A DNA stretch of 64,000 nucleotides. Source: Chrysemys picta bellii. Its lineage: Eukaryota. Below the pieces are notes generated by a model. The model made no database searches and was not told the DNA's origin. It saw nothing but the letters and a program-made list of their open reading frames with translations. A program made the position numbers and the translations under genes. The number at the start of each line of letters is the position of its first letter. Within the stretch, counting starts at the first letter, position 1. Positions 1 through 11,604 of this stretch are shown in pieces. Where the stretch lies: assembly GCF_011386835.1 (NCBI RefSeq), contig NC_088810.1:9858001-9922000 (forward strand), written 5' to 3'.

Positions 1-329
1 CAGCGGTAGCAGAACCAACACCTGCATTCAGGGCAGACCACCATGGGGCAGCCTTGCGTGGTGTGGCTTAGGAGGGCGTGGCAATGGGGACAGGCCCGCA
101 GCGAGGGGCAGCTGTGGACGGACGATCTTGGGGCATGGATCTTGGGGGCGTCATGCAGCGCGGCCTGTAGGGGGCATCGCGAGTCAGCATGGGATGAGGG
201 GTCCCTCCATTCCGTGCGGCAGCCCCAGCAGAAGCAGTACAGGGCCCCGGCCCGCTGGGAGCAGGGCAGGCAAGGGGTGCGCAGGGTCCCGGGATCCAGG
301 CGCTGGACGAGGTGCTGGCAGCGTGGGCA
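1..329 (-). CDS. RBR ligase exon 4 (IBR + RING2/Rcat), truncated by the window edge
   Basis: Acceptor at 330-331; stop-free frame CPRCQHLV...FCWGC...CPHC...GCPMVVCPECRCWFCYRC. Confidence 0.9.
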
Positions 330-1621
330 CTGCAGGGCAGAATGAGGATGTGTTAGCTACTGAGACCCCACCTCACATCCCAGCCTGAGCCAGGCCCGGG
401 AGAGAGGGGATCAGGTCCCCCATACCTCCCCCAGGACTCACCTGGCGGTAACTGCCCCTAGCCCCGTCCTGCGCCAGGATTTGGGCCTCCAGCGTGGCCC
501 GGTCCTCGTCTGAGAAGAGCCCGAGTTTGCACAGCTCCTGCCAGAGCCAAGGGGTGTCCGGGCAGCGTGGGCAGCGGAATGAGGTGATGCCCTGGACGTG
601 AATGAGGGGACCCGGATCAGCCACCAGCTCTCCCCTGCGGCCCCCGGCCACCCACCTACCCCACCCCCACCCCTCCCCAACTGCCCTCCCACTTCAGCCC
701 CCTGAACTCCCCTCCCCTTCCCCTGTCACTCTGCATCCAACCCCCCTTGAATCCCCTGAAACCCCTCCCCTTCCCCATCACCCCAACTGACCCCTCCCCC
801 TTGAGCCCCTTCCCCTGTCACTCTGCATCCAATCCCCCTAGCATCCCCTAATCCCTCCCCTATCACCCCAACTGACCCTTCCCCCCTGAACCCCCTCCCC
901 TCCCCTGGCACCCCCACAGCAAACCCCCCTCCCCAACTGTCCTCCCCCTTCAGCCCCCTGAACTCCCTTCCCCTTCCCCTGTCACTCTGCATCCAACCCC
1001 CCTTGAATCCCCTGAAACCCCTCCCCTTCCCCATCACCCCAACTGACCCCTCCCCCTTGAACCCCTTCCCCTGTGACTCTACATCCAATCCCCCTAGCAT
1101 CCCCTAACCCCTCCCCTTCCCCATCACCCCAACTGACCCTTCCCCCTGAACCTCCTCCCCTTCCCTTCCCCTGGCACCCCCCAGCAAACCCCCCTCCCCA
1201 GCACTCCCTCAACTGGCCCCAAAATCTGCTCTGAAGCTCCAGCCCCGCCCCACAATCCCCTCGATACCTCCCCCCGGAGGGCCCCGCCCCGCGCCCACCT
1301 GCCCATAGCGCGCGGGGGGGGGGGGTGTTACCTGGTCCAGCAGCGCCCGCACCCAGCCCCGCAGCCCAGCCGCGCTCACCCAGTGCCCACAGGTCATCTT
1401 CCGTCCCAGCGCCCCGGGGGACCCCGCACCTGCAGGGAGAGAGGGGGCGGGGTGAGACAAGGCCCGACCCCCGGAGCTCGGCTGATCCCGCCCTTCCCCA
1501 GGGGTCACCCCAAAGGGCCTCACGGGGGGAGAGGAGGGGCCGGGGTCTCACCTGGGGCCCCCCCGGGGGGGCAGATCACCTGGAACTGCTCGGCCAGCGT
1601 CCGCCACGGCCCCGACGGCAT
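1..1621 (-). CDS. RBR-type (RING1-IBR-RING2) E3 ubiquitin ligase-like gene with a degenerate RING1; 4 coding exons visible, 3' end lies off the window
   Basis: Exons 1621-1552, 1429-1332, 591-442 and 329-1, all GT-AG, phases 1,0,0. They splice into one open frame: MPSGPWRTLAEQFQVICPPGGAPGAGSPGALGRKMTCGHWVSAAGLRGWVRALLDQ/GITSFRCPRCPDTPWLWQELCKLGLFSDEDRATLEAQILAQDGARGSYRQ/CPRCQHLVQRLDPGTLRTPCLPCSQRAGALYCFCWGCRTEW...RACPHCHALLSHTTQGCPMVVCPECRCWFCYRC. IBR and RING2 Cys spacing is recognisable. Confidence 0.85.
442..591 (-). CDS. RBR ligase exon 3
   Basis: 150 nt, phase 0/0, GITSFRCPRCPD...GSYRQ, gtgag donor. Confidence 0.85.
1332..1429 (-). CDS. RBR ligase exon 2 (RING1 remnant CGH)
   Basis: 98 nt, KMTCGHWVSAAGLRGWVRALLDQ; ctgcag acceptor, gtaac donor. 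Confidence 0.8.
1552..1621 (-). CDS. RBR ligase putative exon 1
   Basis: ATG at 1621-1619, 70 nt, gtgag donor, phase 1 matches exon 2. Confidence 0.6.
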
Positions 1622-1652
1622 CGCAGGCTGCCGGGATCACGTATCCTGGGCT

Positions 1653-1662
1653 GGGAAATCCC
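1653..1662. promoter_or_regulatory. NF-kB site GGGAAATCCC
   Basis: Exact match to GGGRNNYYCC, about 30 bp upstream of the RBR ATG. Confidence 0.6.
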
Positions 1663-1676
1663 CCCGCCCCCCCGGC

Positions 1677-1698
1677 AGCTTTCGCTTTCGCTTTCACC
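1677..1698 (-). promoter_or_regulatory. ISRE/IRF-E element GGTGAAAGCGAAAGCGAAAGCT
   Basis: Three GAAA half-sites at 6-bp spacing, upstream of the RBR ATG. Confidence 0.65.
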
Positions 1699-1720
1699 CT
1701 CCCCGCGGTGCCCAGGCCCG

Positions 1721-2260
1721 CAGCTCTGCCGGGGCCCCTCACTCCGGACCCACAGCCCCTGTTAGCCCAGCCCTGGGCTCCCCCTCCCCAGCTCTGCCGG
1801 GGCCCCTCATTCCCGACCCGCAGCCCCTGCTAGCCCAGCCCTGGGCTCCCCCAACCCCCAGCTCTGCCGGGGCCCCTCAGTCCCGACCCGCAGCCCGTGT
1901 TAGCCCAGCCCTGGGCTCCCCCAGCTCTGCCGGGGCCCCTCAGTCCCGACCCGCAGCCCCTGCTAGCCCAGCCCTGGGCTCCCCCCACCCCCAGCTCTGC
2001 CGGTGCCCCTCACTCCCGACCCGCAGCCCCCTGCCAGCCCAGCCCTGGGCTCCCCCCACCCCCCAGCTCTGCCAGTGCCCCTCACTCCCGACCCGCAGCC
2101 CCCTGCCAGCCCAGCCCTGGGCTCCCCCAACCCCCAGCTCTGCTGGGGCCCCTCACTCCTGACCCGCAGCCCCTGCTACCCCAGCCCTGGGCTCCCCCAA
2201 CCCCCAGCTCTGCTGGGGCCTCTCACTCCCGACCCGCAGCCCCTGCTAGCCCAGCCCCGC
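1721..2260 (+). repeat. GC-rich ~65 bp minisatellite, left arm
   Basis: Tandem ccccagctctgccggggcccctcactcccgacccgcagcccctgctagcccagccctgggctcc units. Confidence 0.9.
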
Positions 2261-2400
2261 AGGTGCATTACGTTCCTGGCCCAGAGGCTGAGGAAAGGTG
2301 ACAGGAGCCGGTTGTGCAGGGCAGCTGCAGCTCTCACCCAGCTGTCAGTAACTGCTGCCAGCAGCACAGTGTGAGCAAAGCAGTTTGTAACATTAGCCCA

Positions 2401-3240
2401 GCAGAGCTGGGGCATGGGGAGCCCAGGGCTGGGCTAGCAGGGGCTGCGGGTCGGGAGTGAGGGGCCCCGGCAGAACTGGGGCGGGGGGAGCCCAGGGCTG
2501 GGCTAGCAGGGGCTGCGGGTCGGGAGTGACGGGCACCGGCAGAGCTGTGGGTGGGGAGCCCAGGGCTGGGCTAGCAGGGGCTGCGGGTCGGGAGTGAGGG
2601 GCCCCGGCAGAACTGGGGCGGGGGGAGCCCGGGGCTGGGATAGCAGGGGCTGCGGGTCGGGAGTGACGGGCACCGGCAGAGCTGTGGGTGGGGAGCCCAG
2701 GGCTGGGCTAGCAGGGGCTGCGGGTCGGGAGTGAGGGGCCCCGGCAGAACTGGGGCGGGGGGAGCCCGGGGCTGGGATAGCAGGGGCTGCGGGTCGGGAG
2801 TGACGGGCACCGGCAGAGCTGTGGGTGGGGAGCCCAGGGCTGGGCTAGCAGGGGCTGCGGGTCGGGAGTGAGGGGCACCGGCAGAGCTGGGGGTTGGGGG
2901 AGCCCAGGGCTGGGGTAGCAGGGGCTGCGGGTCAGGAGTGAGGGGCCCCGGCAGAGCTGGGGGTTGGGGGAGCCCAGGGCTGGGCCAGCAGGGGCTGCGG
3001 GTCAGGAGTGAGGGGCCCCGGCAGAGTTGGGGGGTGGGGAGCCCAGGGCTGGTCTAGCAGGGGCTGCGGGTCGGGAGTGAGGGGCACCGGCAGAGCTGGG
3101 GGTTGGGGGAGCCCAGGGCTGGGCTAGCAGGAGGCTGCGGGTCGGGAGTGAGGGGCAGCGGCAGAGCTGGGGGTTGGGGGAGCCCAGGACTGGGGTAGCA
3201 GGGGCTGCGGGACGGGAGTGAGGGGCACCGGCAGAGCTAG
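2401..3240 (-). repeat. Same ~65 bp minisatellite in inverted orientation, right arm
   Basis: Tandem gggagcccagggctgggctagcaggggctgcgggtcgggagtgaggggc units; reverse complement of the left arm. Confidence 0.9.
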
Positions 3241-3895
3241 AGTGTGGGGAGCAGGGCTGGTCTTAGAGAAAAAGGCACCCTGGTCGAACATGTATTTTGG
3301 CAACCCTGGCTCCCATGGGTGCGGCACCCCCCCCCCCATTGCCCCTGGCCCCCATGGGCTCCCCACCCTTCCTTTTCCCCTAACCCCTGCCCCCATGTGG
3401 GGAAACTGACCTGACTGCATGGAGGAGCTGGCATTGCTGATCTCTCTCCCTCCTCCCCAAACGCTGTTCCTCTGTGCACCCCCAGGGGCTGTGGGGGGCG
3501 AGGAGCGACATCAGGGCTCCCTGCAGGGGGAGGGGGCAGAAGGCAGGAGCTCTGAGCAAGGGCAGCAGGCACCTGAACCAGGAGCTGCTTGGAGCAGACG
3601 CCGTGTAAACGCCCAGATTGGGGCTGAAACCATGAAACGGGCCCATCAGGGCGAGCTGCCAGCGCACGGCCTGGGTGGGGGGCAGAGAGTCGCTGTGAGT
3701 CCAGCCAAGCGGGGGAGGGGGTCTGCATGCTGTGGGGGGGGAGGGAGGGTGTGTACCTCCACTGCAGGACCTGCGCTGGGCTTGGCCTGGGTTAGGCTCG
3801 TGCAGTGCTATTGTTACAGGGCGCTGGAGCCAGGGCTTCATGCTGCCCCCAGAGGAGGGAGAGCTGAGTTTGTGCAGAGGTGGGGGGCCTCTGAG

Positions 3896-4489
3896 CTATC
3901 CCTCCCCCCTTAAAGGGCTGTTCTTGGGGGGCCCTGCAGCCGTTTCCCTGGCTGGGCCCCCGCAGGTGGCATGAGTGGACACATCCCTGGTGATCTCGCT
4001 GCTCTCAAGCAGGGCATCCATCGGCAACTGCAGGACCGGGGAGGTCTCTGCTGCCTCCAGCCGCTCCGGGAGGCCGGCGTTCAACAGCAGCATGGCCGCC
4101 ATGGGACCACCCACGCTGCCAAAGATCCCCGTGGTGGCCTGGTGGAAGTCCCAGATGATGGCCCCCTTCTCCTGCAGCAAGGTGTGGGGGGAGGCCATGC
4201 GGGCGTACATGCGGGCGTCCCGGCTGGCGTTCTTCCGCACGTGTCTGTCCGTCTGCTCTGCTGCGGCGTGTATCTCCTGCGCTATCCACACCAGGTGCTC
4301 AAGGTTCTCTCCCACACCGACGCTGCCCCCCACCAGTTTGAAAGGCACGCTGGTGCCAAGGTACTGGTTGAGGATGCGGAGCAGCGCGCGGGTGGCCGAG
4401 ATGTATCCTTGCAGGGAGTTGTGCAGGGACTGGCTGGCACATATGAGCGTCTGCCTTTCGCTCTCTGTGCCGGAGAACAGGGACAGCAT
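3896..4489 (-). CDS. C12orf60 / DUF4533-like protein, single coding exon, 197 aa
   Basis: Non-repetitive ORF MLSLFSGTESERQTLICASQSLHNSLQGY...SPVLQLPMD... A polypyrimidine tract and AG (4497-4498) lie just before the ATG. It resembles human C12orf60 as remembered (ESEKDKERLIQAAK...FPIMNLQLSD); the family call is from memory only. Confidence 0.6.
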   Translation of the reverse strand: MLSLFSGTESERQTLICASQSLHNSLQGYISATRALLRILNQYLGTSVPFKLVGGSVGVGENLEHLVWIAQEIHAAAEQTDRHVRKNASRDARMYARMASPHTLLQEKGAIIWDFHQATTGIFGSVGGPMAAMLLLNAGLPERLEAAETSPVLQLPMDALLESSEITRDVSTHATCGGPARETAAGPPKNSPLRGEG

Positions 4490-5027
4490 CACGGGGCTGG
4501 GAAACAAAGCGGAGAGCGCAGGTGAGGGGGTGAAAGCGGTTCCCCAGCTGGATCCGCAGTGCAAGGACAAGAGGGCGTGCAATGAAACTGAGAGGCAGCC
4601 CCTTTCAAATGGAGAAGAGGGAATGTTGCTTCATTTAATCCCAGAATTTGTCTGTGGAACTCACTGCCACATGATCTCACTGAAGCCGATAGCCCAGCAA
4701 GATCCAGAAAAGGGATGTGACATATGGCTAATGAGGAGAGCCAGAATGACATTAGAGAATTGTTTTTAAGTTTGAAAAGATTAAACACTCTCATGCTCCA
4801 GGGCATGAACCTGCCTGTAACTAATGGCTGTGTAAGCAGAGTCAGGATGAGCGCTATCCTGGCATCTGGTGGTGAATTATGGCGAGTGTGGAAAAGAACT
4901 TCAGGGGCTGATCTTGTTTGCATAGGCACACCCACCCCACCTAGCATGAGCCCACGGCAGCCCAAAATGGTCACTTTGGCTGCTGTGGGATCCCCAGTTT
5001 CTCTGTTATTGGGGCAGGAGGAATAAA

Positions 5028-5257
5028 GGGTACATCTACACTTACCGGAGGGTCCGGCGGCAGGCAATCGATGTTCTGGGATCGATCCCGGAAGTGCTCG
5101 CCGTCGACGCCGGTACTCCAGCTCGATGGGGGAGCCTGCCTGCCGCGTCTGGACCCGCGGTAAGTTCGGACTAAGGTACTTCGAATTCAGCTACGTTATT
5201 AACGTAGCTGAATTTGCGTACCTTAGTCCGAAGTGGGGGGTTAGTGGGGACCAGGCC
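5028..5257. mobile_element. Non-autonomous PIF/Harbinger-type MITE with an internal hairpin at 5165-5232
   Basis: gggtacatctacact terminus; internal palindrome ttcggactaaggtac...gtaccttagtccgaa. Confidence 0.7.
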
Positions 5258-5264
5258 AAAGTGT

Positions 5265-6263
5265 TGTTACCCTCATTATGTGAATCAAGGCCAGTGGAAC
5301 TGTTGTATGACAGAGGGTCTCACCATTACCTAAGTAGCACTCGCTAGATGAGGGACATGGGTTCCAAAACCAAGTGACTTGAGAGAGGTTGTGGACAGAA
5401 ATTTGTACTTTGTGGTATGGGCCCCTTTTGAGGGCTTGAAACATCAATTTTACCATTTTCTTCTGTTGAATAGCAGAACTAATTTTGATTCTATTAAGAG
5501 TTTAGTTACAGACTGTTATGCTGAATTCACTTTGGACCAATGGTGTACTAGCACTAGGGCTTATCTCCTATGAGCTGAAATCACTGGATCCTGTGTTAAT
5601 TAGTGGGGGAGCCTGAAGATTTATTGCTAAACAGCTGGCAGAGTAGGGCAGTTTGTGAGATAGCTGGAGGGACTCACAGGACAGCTGGAGGAGTGGAGTG
5701 GCTTGTGGTGAAAGCTGTTTGTGGTGAAGGCTGCTGCAGAACCCCATGGAGAGGCGGGGCAGTTGGCCTCAGACCATGTAAGGTGCCCCTTAATACCCCG
5801 TGTGCCCCTTTCTCCCCCACCCCATTTCCACCCAGCCTGGGGGAGCGGGGGTAGGACTCTGCAGATAAACTTTTGAACTCTGGGGCTGCACTGACCAGGG
5901 ACAGAGACTTTTGGTTGATTCTTGGGTTGCTGGACTCAAGAGACTTTTGGGGTGTTGGACTTTTGGAACTTTGGGGGTGGGTTTTTGCTCATGGTTTGTG
6001 TTATGAATCCTGTTTGTGGTGTTTTCCCAATTTAATGCTGATGTCGTTTACCTCATGTTATTAAACATTTTCTGCTACACTCAGACTCCGTGCTTGCGAG
6101 AGGGGAAGTATTGCCTCTTAGAGGCGCCCGGGGGGTGGTATGTAATTGTCCCAGGTCACGGGGTGGGGGCTCGAGCCGGTTTTGCTTTGCGGTATTGAAA
6201 CGGAACCCCTAGATACAGAACCGGCCCTTGTTGCTGCCAACTCAGATGGGCAGAAGGGTTACA
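5265..6263 (+). mobile_element. Solo LTR (Gypsy-type)
   Basis: TGTTACCC...GGGTTACA termini, about 1 kb, ATTAAA near 6060; no clean TSD found. Confidence 0.65.
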
Positions 6264-8175
6264 ACTGTCAGGAAGGAACTGTCCCTGAGTCAGAATCTCC
6301 CTAACCTGCTACTGTGGGGTTCTCTGAACCATCTGGTACTGTCACTATCGGAGACGGGACACAGCGCAAAGGGCCTCTGGGCTGAGCCTGTCTGGCCAGT
6401 CCGATGGTCCTAGTTATTAAAAAAAAAACGTTTTCCCGCTGCTCTTCCTGTTTTCAATGCACTGAAAGCGCCCAGACAAAGCCAGGAAGGTCCCAGGCTT
6501 CATAAGAAAGCCGGCAGCTTTTGTATCTCCAGCTCAGGCATGTTTTGAGGACATTTCAGTGCAGAGAGAGGAAAGAATAAAACACCACAAACTTGCCCCA
6601 GCGAGTTCTTTTCTGCTGCTCGAAAGCGCTGGGGGGCGATTCCCAAAGCACCCACCAGCATTGTCTTTGCTACTGAAAGAAGGGCCCCGACCTTCAGAGG
6701 TATTTCAGCCCCCCCTGACATTCCAAAGACAAAACCTTTTTCATCAGAAAACATTTGGCCAGCTCGAACTGTTCCCTGATGAACTGGATTCAGGTCCTTT
6801 TAACCCAAATTATCTCATCCTGTAGCACTGCCTGAACTGAACTCTAACAGTTTAAATTCACGCCTTGGGTTAAATGAGTGACACTGTCTGCAGAGTGCCA
6901 CTCGGCAAGCTGGGTTTTGGTCTCGTCAACCCAAAGTGTTAAAAAAACCCAGCATGAATCAGGCCTTAAAAAAGCATGAGTACAACTCTAAGCAACGCCG
7001 GACGCTGTTTGTTTTTTTTAGTTCAGATCTTTGTGGGTTCCCCCCACAACACTTTTCTCCCTTTTTTACTTTTTCTGCAGGGAAAACTGTTCATCTTCCG
7101 ACCCATTTATGCCTCTGATGTTTGCTGTTTATGAAAATTTGAATCTCACGGGCTCCCTCCCACATCCCCCCCCATGCTCCCTTCGCCACCGGCCCCCATG
7201 CCCCTCCATGGCTTTATCTTCCAGCCGCCGCCCCGGGCGTGGAGAGGCTGGTCTGGAGTCACCCCTGCGTGGCCCACTCCCAGCCCTGGCAGGCTGCCCT
7301 CTACGCCCCCCAGGGCTTCAGCTGCGGGGGGACCCTGATCAGCCCAGAGTGGGTGCTCACTGCGGTGCACTGCCACACCGGGTAGGTCAAGGAATGAACC
7401 TGGGACCTCCGGATCTGACCGCAGGAGACCATACGGCATGAGCTAAAAGAACTGCCTGTGTTAGGTAGAGCTGTAACAGGCTCATCAAGCCGTGTATGTG
7501 GCTATCCAGAGGTTAGAGCACGGGGGGCTGGGAGCCAGGACTCCTGAATTCTATCCCCAGCTCTGGGAGGGGAGTGGGATCTAGTGGTTAGAACAGCGGG
7601 GCTGGGATTCAGGGTGACGGCCTGCAAGGATCCCTGAGACCTGCTCTTTTGCCCCCAGCCTGACCCAGGTGCGCCGAGGGGCTCGTGACCTGCGGCGACC
7701 CGCCCTGGGCTAGCCGCTCAGGGGCCGTGCGTGCTATCCGCAACCCCCATTACAACTTGCGCACCAAAGACAGTGACCTCCTGCTGCTCAAGCTAGCGCC
7801 CCCTGCTGCCATCAACGAGTATGTGTGGCCCCTGCCGCTGGCCACGCGCTGTGTCCCTCCCGGCCGGCGCTGCCTGGTGTTGGGGCGGGGAACGACCTCC
7901 AGCCCCCCAGGTACGGGGCTAGCGCTGCGGGGTGGGTGGGTGGGGGGATCGTTATCAGCTATCCAGGATCAATTATTGATTATTAATGACACACGAACAG
8001 TTGTTCATGATTGAGGCTTGGATCGAGTGGGATTCTAAGTGATGATTAGCTATTCATTATCAATCTTCCAGTCTCTTGCTCATTAATTACTGGTTATTAA
8101 TTGCCAGCTGCCCACTGCCCATTGCCTAATAATGATCATTATTATGAATGAAAAGTGATCAGTTATTATATATCA

Positions 8176-8387
8176 AAGGGGTAGCCGTGTTAGTCTGGAT
8201 TTGTAAAAGCAGCAAAGAGTCCTGTGGCACCTTATAGACTAACAGATGTATAGGAGCACGAGCTTTCGTGGGTGAATACCCACTTCATCGGATGCATCTG
8301 AAGAAGTGGGTATTCACCCACGAAAGCTCGTGCTCCAATACATCTGTTAGTCTATAAGGTGCCACAGGACTCTTTGCTGCTTTTACA
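8176..8387. mobile_element. Penelope-like element ends in head-to-head (inverted) arrangement
   Basis: gtagccgtgttagtct...gtggcaccttatagactaac...; near-perfect palindrome 8202-8387 centred on gatgcatc. Confidence 0.8.
8294..8333 (+). ncRNA. Minimal type I hammerhead-ribozyme motif associated with the Penelope end
   Basis: GCAT-CTGAAGA-A-GTGGGT(ATTC)ACCCAC-GAAA-GCT-C-GTGC: core, 6-bp stem II, palindromic stem III, 4-bp stem I. Confidence 0.55.
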
Positions 8388-10313
8388 GTTATTATATGTC
8401 AGTCATCCACTGTTACTGCATCCGGTCAGTATTAAGGAGAAACTGTTAGTTACTGAATGTCACCCACACCGTGTCAATTACAGTGATCACTGTTAGAAAT
8501 GATCACTATTAATTATGGCTGTTAACATACATATTAGTTACAGGCTATCAATTATCCATTATATTGATCATATTAATTAGAAACAATGTGCTCGTAGGTA
8601 AAGCCATTGAAATTACCCATTAATAAATGTTAATTGGTTATCCACATATTGATTATTCTCAATTAGAAACAATTTGCTTTTAATTATGGTTGTTAATATT
8701 GCCTATTAGTTATCAACTAGCTATTATATTGATCACTATTAATTAGACACTATTTTACATTAATTATAGTTGTTAATATTTCCCCAAATTATCAAGTATC
8801 CATTTTATTGATCCCTATTAATTAGAAAATATTTTCTATTAATTATAGCAATTAATATGACCTATTATGGATGATTGATTATCCATTACATTCTATTAAT
8901 TAGAAACTATTTGTTATTAAGTATGACTTAATATTTCCCATTAGTTATTGGTTATTGGTTATCCATTATATTGATCACTATTAATTAGAAATTATTTGCT
9001 ATTAATTATGGATGTTAATATTGCCAATTACTTATTGAAGAGCAATTATCCATTACATTGAACACTCTTAATTAGAAGTAATTAGTTAATAATGACCATC
9101 AATCAATTATTTAAAAAGTTATTGATAATTATTAATTTAGAAACTATTTGCTATTAATCGTGGCTAATGTGCCCATTAATTATTGGTTATTAATTATCCG
9201 CTATGTTGATAATTGTTGATTAGAAATAATTAATTATGACAAATTACTATAAATTACACTGATCACTATTAATTTCAAAATTATTAGCTACTAATGACAT
9301 CTATTAATTAGTGCCTATTAATTATGCATTATATTGATAAATAGGGAGTAGAACATTGTAGTTTATATTTATTGATCGGCAATTGTCCATCAGCAATTGA
9401 CAATTAACCCTTTCTTCTCTGCTTCCTCCCCCCAGCGACATTCTCCGACGTCCTACATTGCACAGACATGAACACGATCTCAGCAGAGTGTCAGGCGGCG
9501 TACCCTGTGGGCGTGACTGACAACATGTTGTGTGCGGGGGTGAAAGACGGAGGTGGGGACTCCTGCCACGTGAGGTGGAGGTGGGGGTTCCCCAGGGGTA
9601 TCACTGAGGAGGGAGGGCTGCTGGGATGTGGGGGGAGTTCAAAACATTGAAAAAAATACATAATTTCAGGTCAGCCCAAACACAGAGATTTTCAAAATTC
9701 TCAGATCCTTGAAAAGTCAAAATAAAATCATTTTGGGTCAATTCGGAGCATTTTTACACTTTTCTGAAATTTTTCATTCAACAGCATGGAAGGGAATTTT
9801 GAAGCAAGGAATTTTGGTTCTTTGCACCGAAAAGTTGGCCTGTTCCATTTGAAAAATGTCAAAAGGAAACATTTGGATTGTTTTGGCAATTGTTTCCTCC
9901 CCCCAGAAATGAACAATCCAGTGAAACCAGCACAGATTCACCAAATATTTTGGTGTCACAGAATCTGTATTTTTTTGCCAAAAAAAAGTTTTGGTTGAAA
10001 AATCTTACCCAGCTCTAACATTGACTCAGTAGGTGAGGAAGACACACCACAGACTACATGTGAAATTCTCTGGCCTGTCTTATTCAGGAAGTCAGTCCAG
10101 ATGATCACAATGGTCCCTTTTGGTCTCGGAAAAATCTCTGAAGGGGGAGGAGTTAAGGTGAAACACACAAGGGGGGAGGAGTTAAGGTGAAACACACAAG
10201 GGGATGGAGTAAGGGATTAAAATGAGATTAAAGTTATTTTAGATCACCATTGAGTAGGAGGAGGCCATTAGAATGATTGTAGCTCACACTTCAAGGTTGG
10301 GGGCTGTATTTAA

Positions 10314-10567
10314 GGCCTTGGCTACACTTGGGGATTCATAGCGCTGCCGCGGCAGCATTGTGAAGCGCAAGTGTAGTCGCGCTGCAAGTACTCCACCTCT
10401 CCGAGGGGAATAGCTTGCAGCACTGCGAGCAAGCGTGGAGCGCTGCAGGCGCTGATTACACTGGCGCTTTACAGCGCTGCACTCGCTGCGCTTGGGGGGG
10501 GGGTGCGTTTTCACACCCCTGAGCGCAGCAAGTTGCAGCGCTGTACAGCGCCAGTGTAGCCAAGGCC
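10314..10567. mobile_element. Harbinger-type MITE
   Basis: TIRs ggccttggctacact / agtgtagccaaggcc. Confidence 0.75.
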
Positions 10568-10632
10568 CTAGAAAGTAGCGACTCTGGAAAGGACCCAGGA
10601 CCAATGGCCCATGAGCTTCCTGGGTGATGTTG

Positions 10633-10730
10633 CAAAAAGAACAGGAGTACTTGTGGCACCTTAGAGACTAACAAATTTATTAGAGCATAAGCTTTCGTGG
10701 GCTACAGCCCACTTCTTCGGATGCATATAG
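10633..10730. mobile_element. Penelope-like end with a hammerhead-like motif on the minus strand
   Basis: aaaaagaacaggagtacttgtggcaccttagagactaac...aagctttcgtgggctacagcccacttcttcggatgc. Confidence 0.7.
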
Positions 10731-10914
10731 AATGGAACATATATTGAGGAAATATATATACACACATTGTGGCTAAGAGGGCGAGCACAACCCTAGGCTG
10801 AAGACACAGGGGAATAGCAAGTAGGAGCTGGGAAGTGGGGTCCCCTCTGGATATGGCATTGGGGAGACCCTGACTGGAGACTGCGCCCAGCTCTGGTGGG
10901 GCCAAATATCAAAC

Positions 10915-11604
<690 letters not shown>

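Larger units (their letters stand above)
7960..9410. repeat. AT-rich degenerate tandem repeat (~80-85 bp units) in KLK-A intron 3
   Basis: Recurrent gatcactattaattagaaac motif in an otherwise GC-rich context. Confidence 0.7.

Noticed and set aside
2260-2400. Possible snoRNA in the spacer between the inverted arms
   Set aside because: No C/D or H/ACA box arrangement is recognisable.
4724-7220. Candidate signal-peptide exon for KLK-A (e.g. MSAILASG|gtgaat near 4848)
   Set aside because: Too short and not hydrophobic enough; no convincing candidate found.
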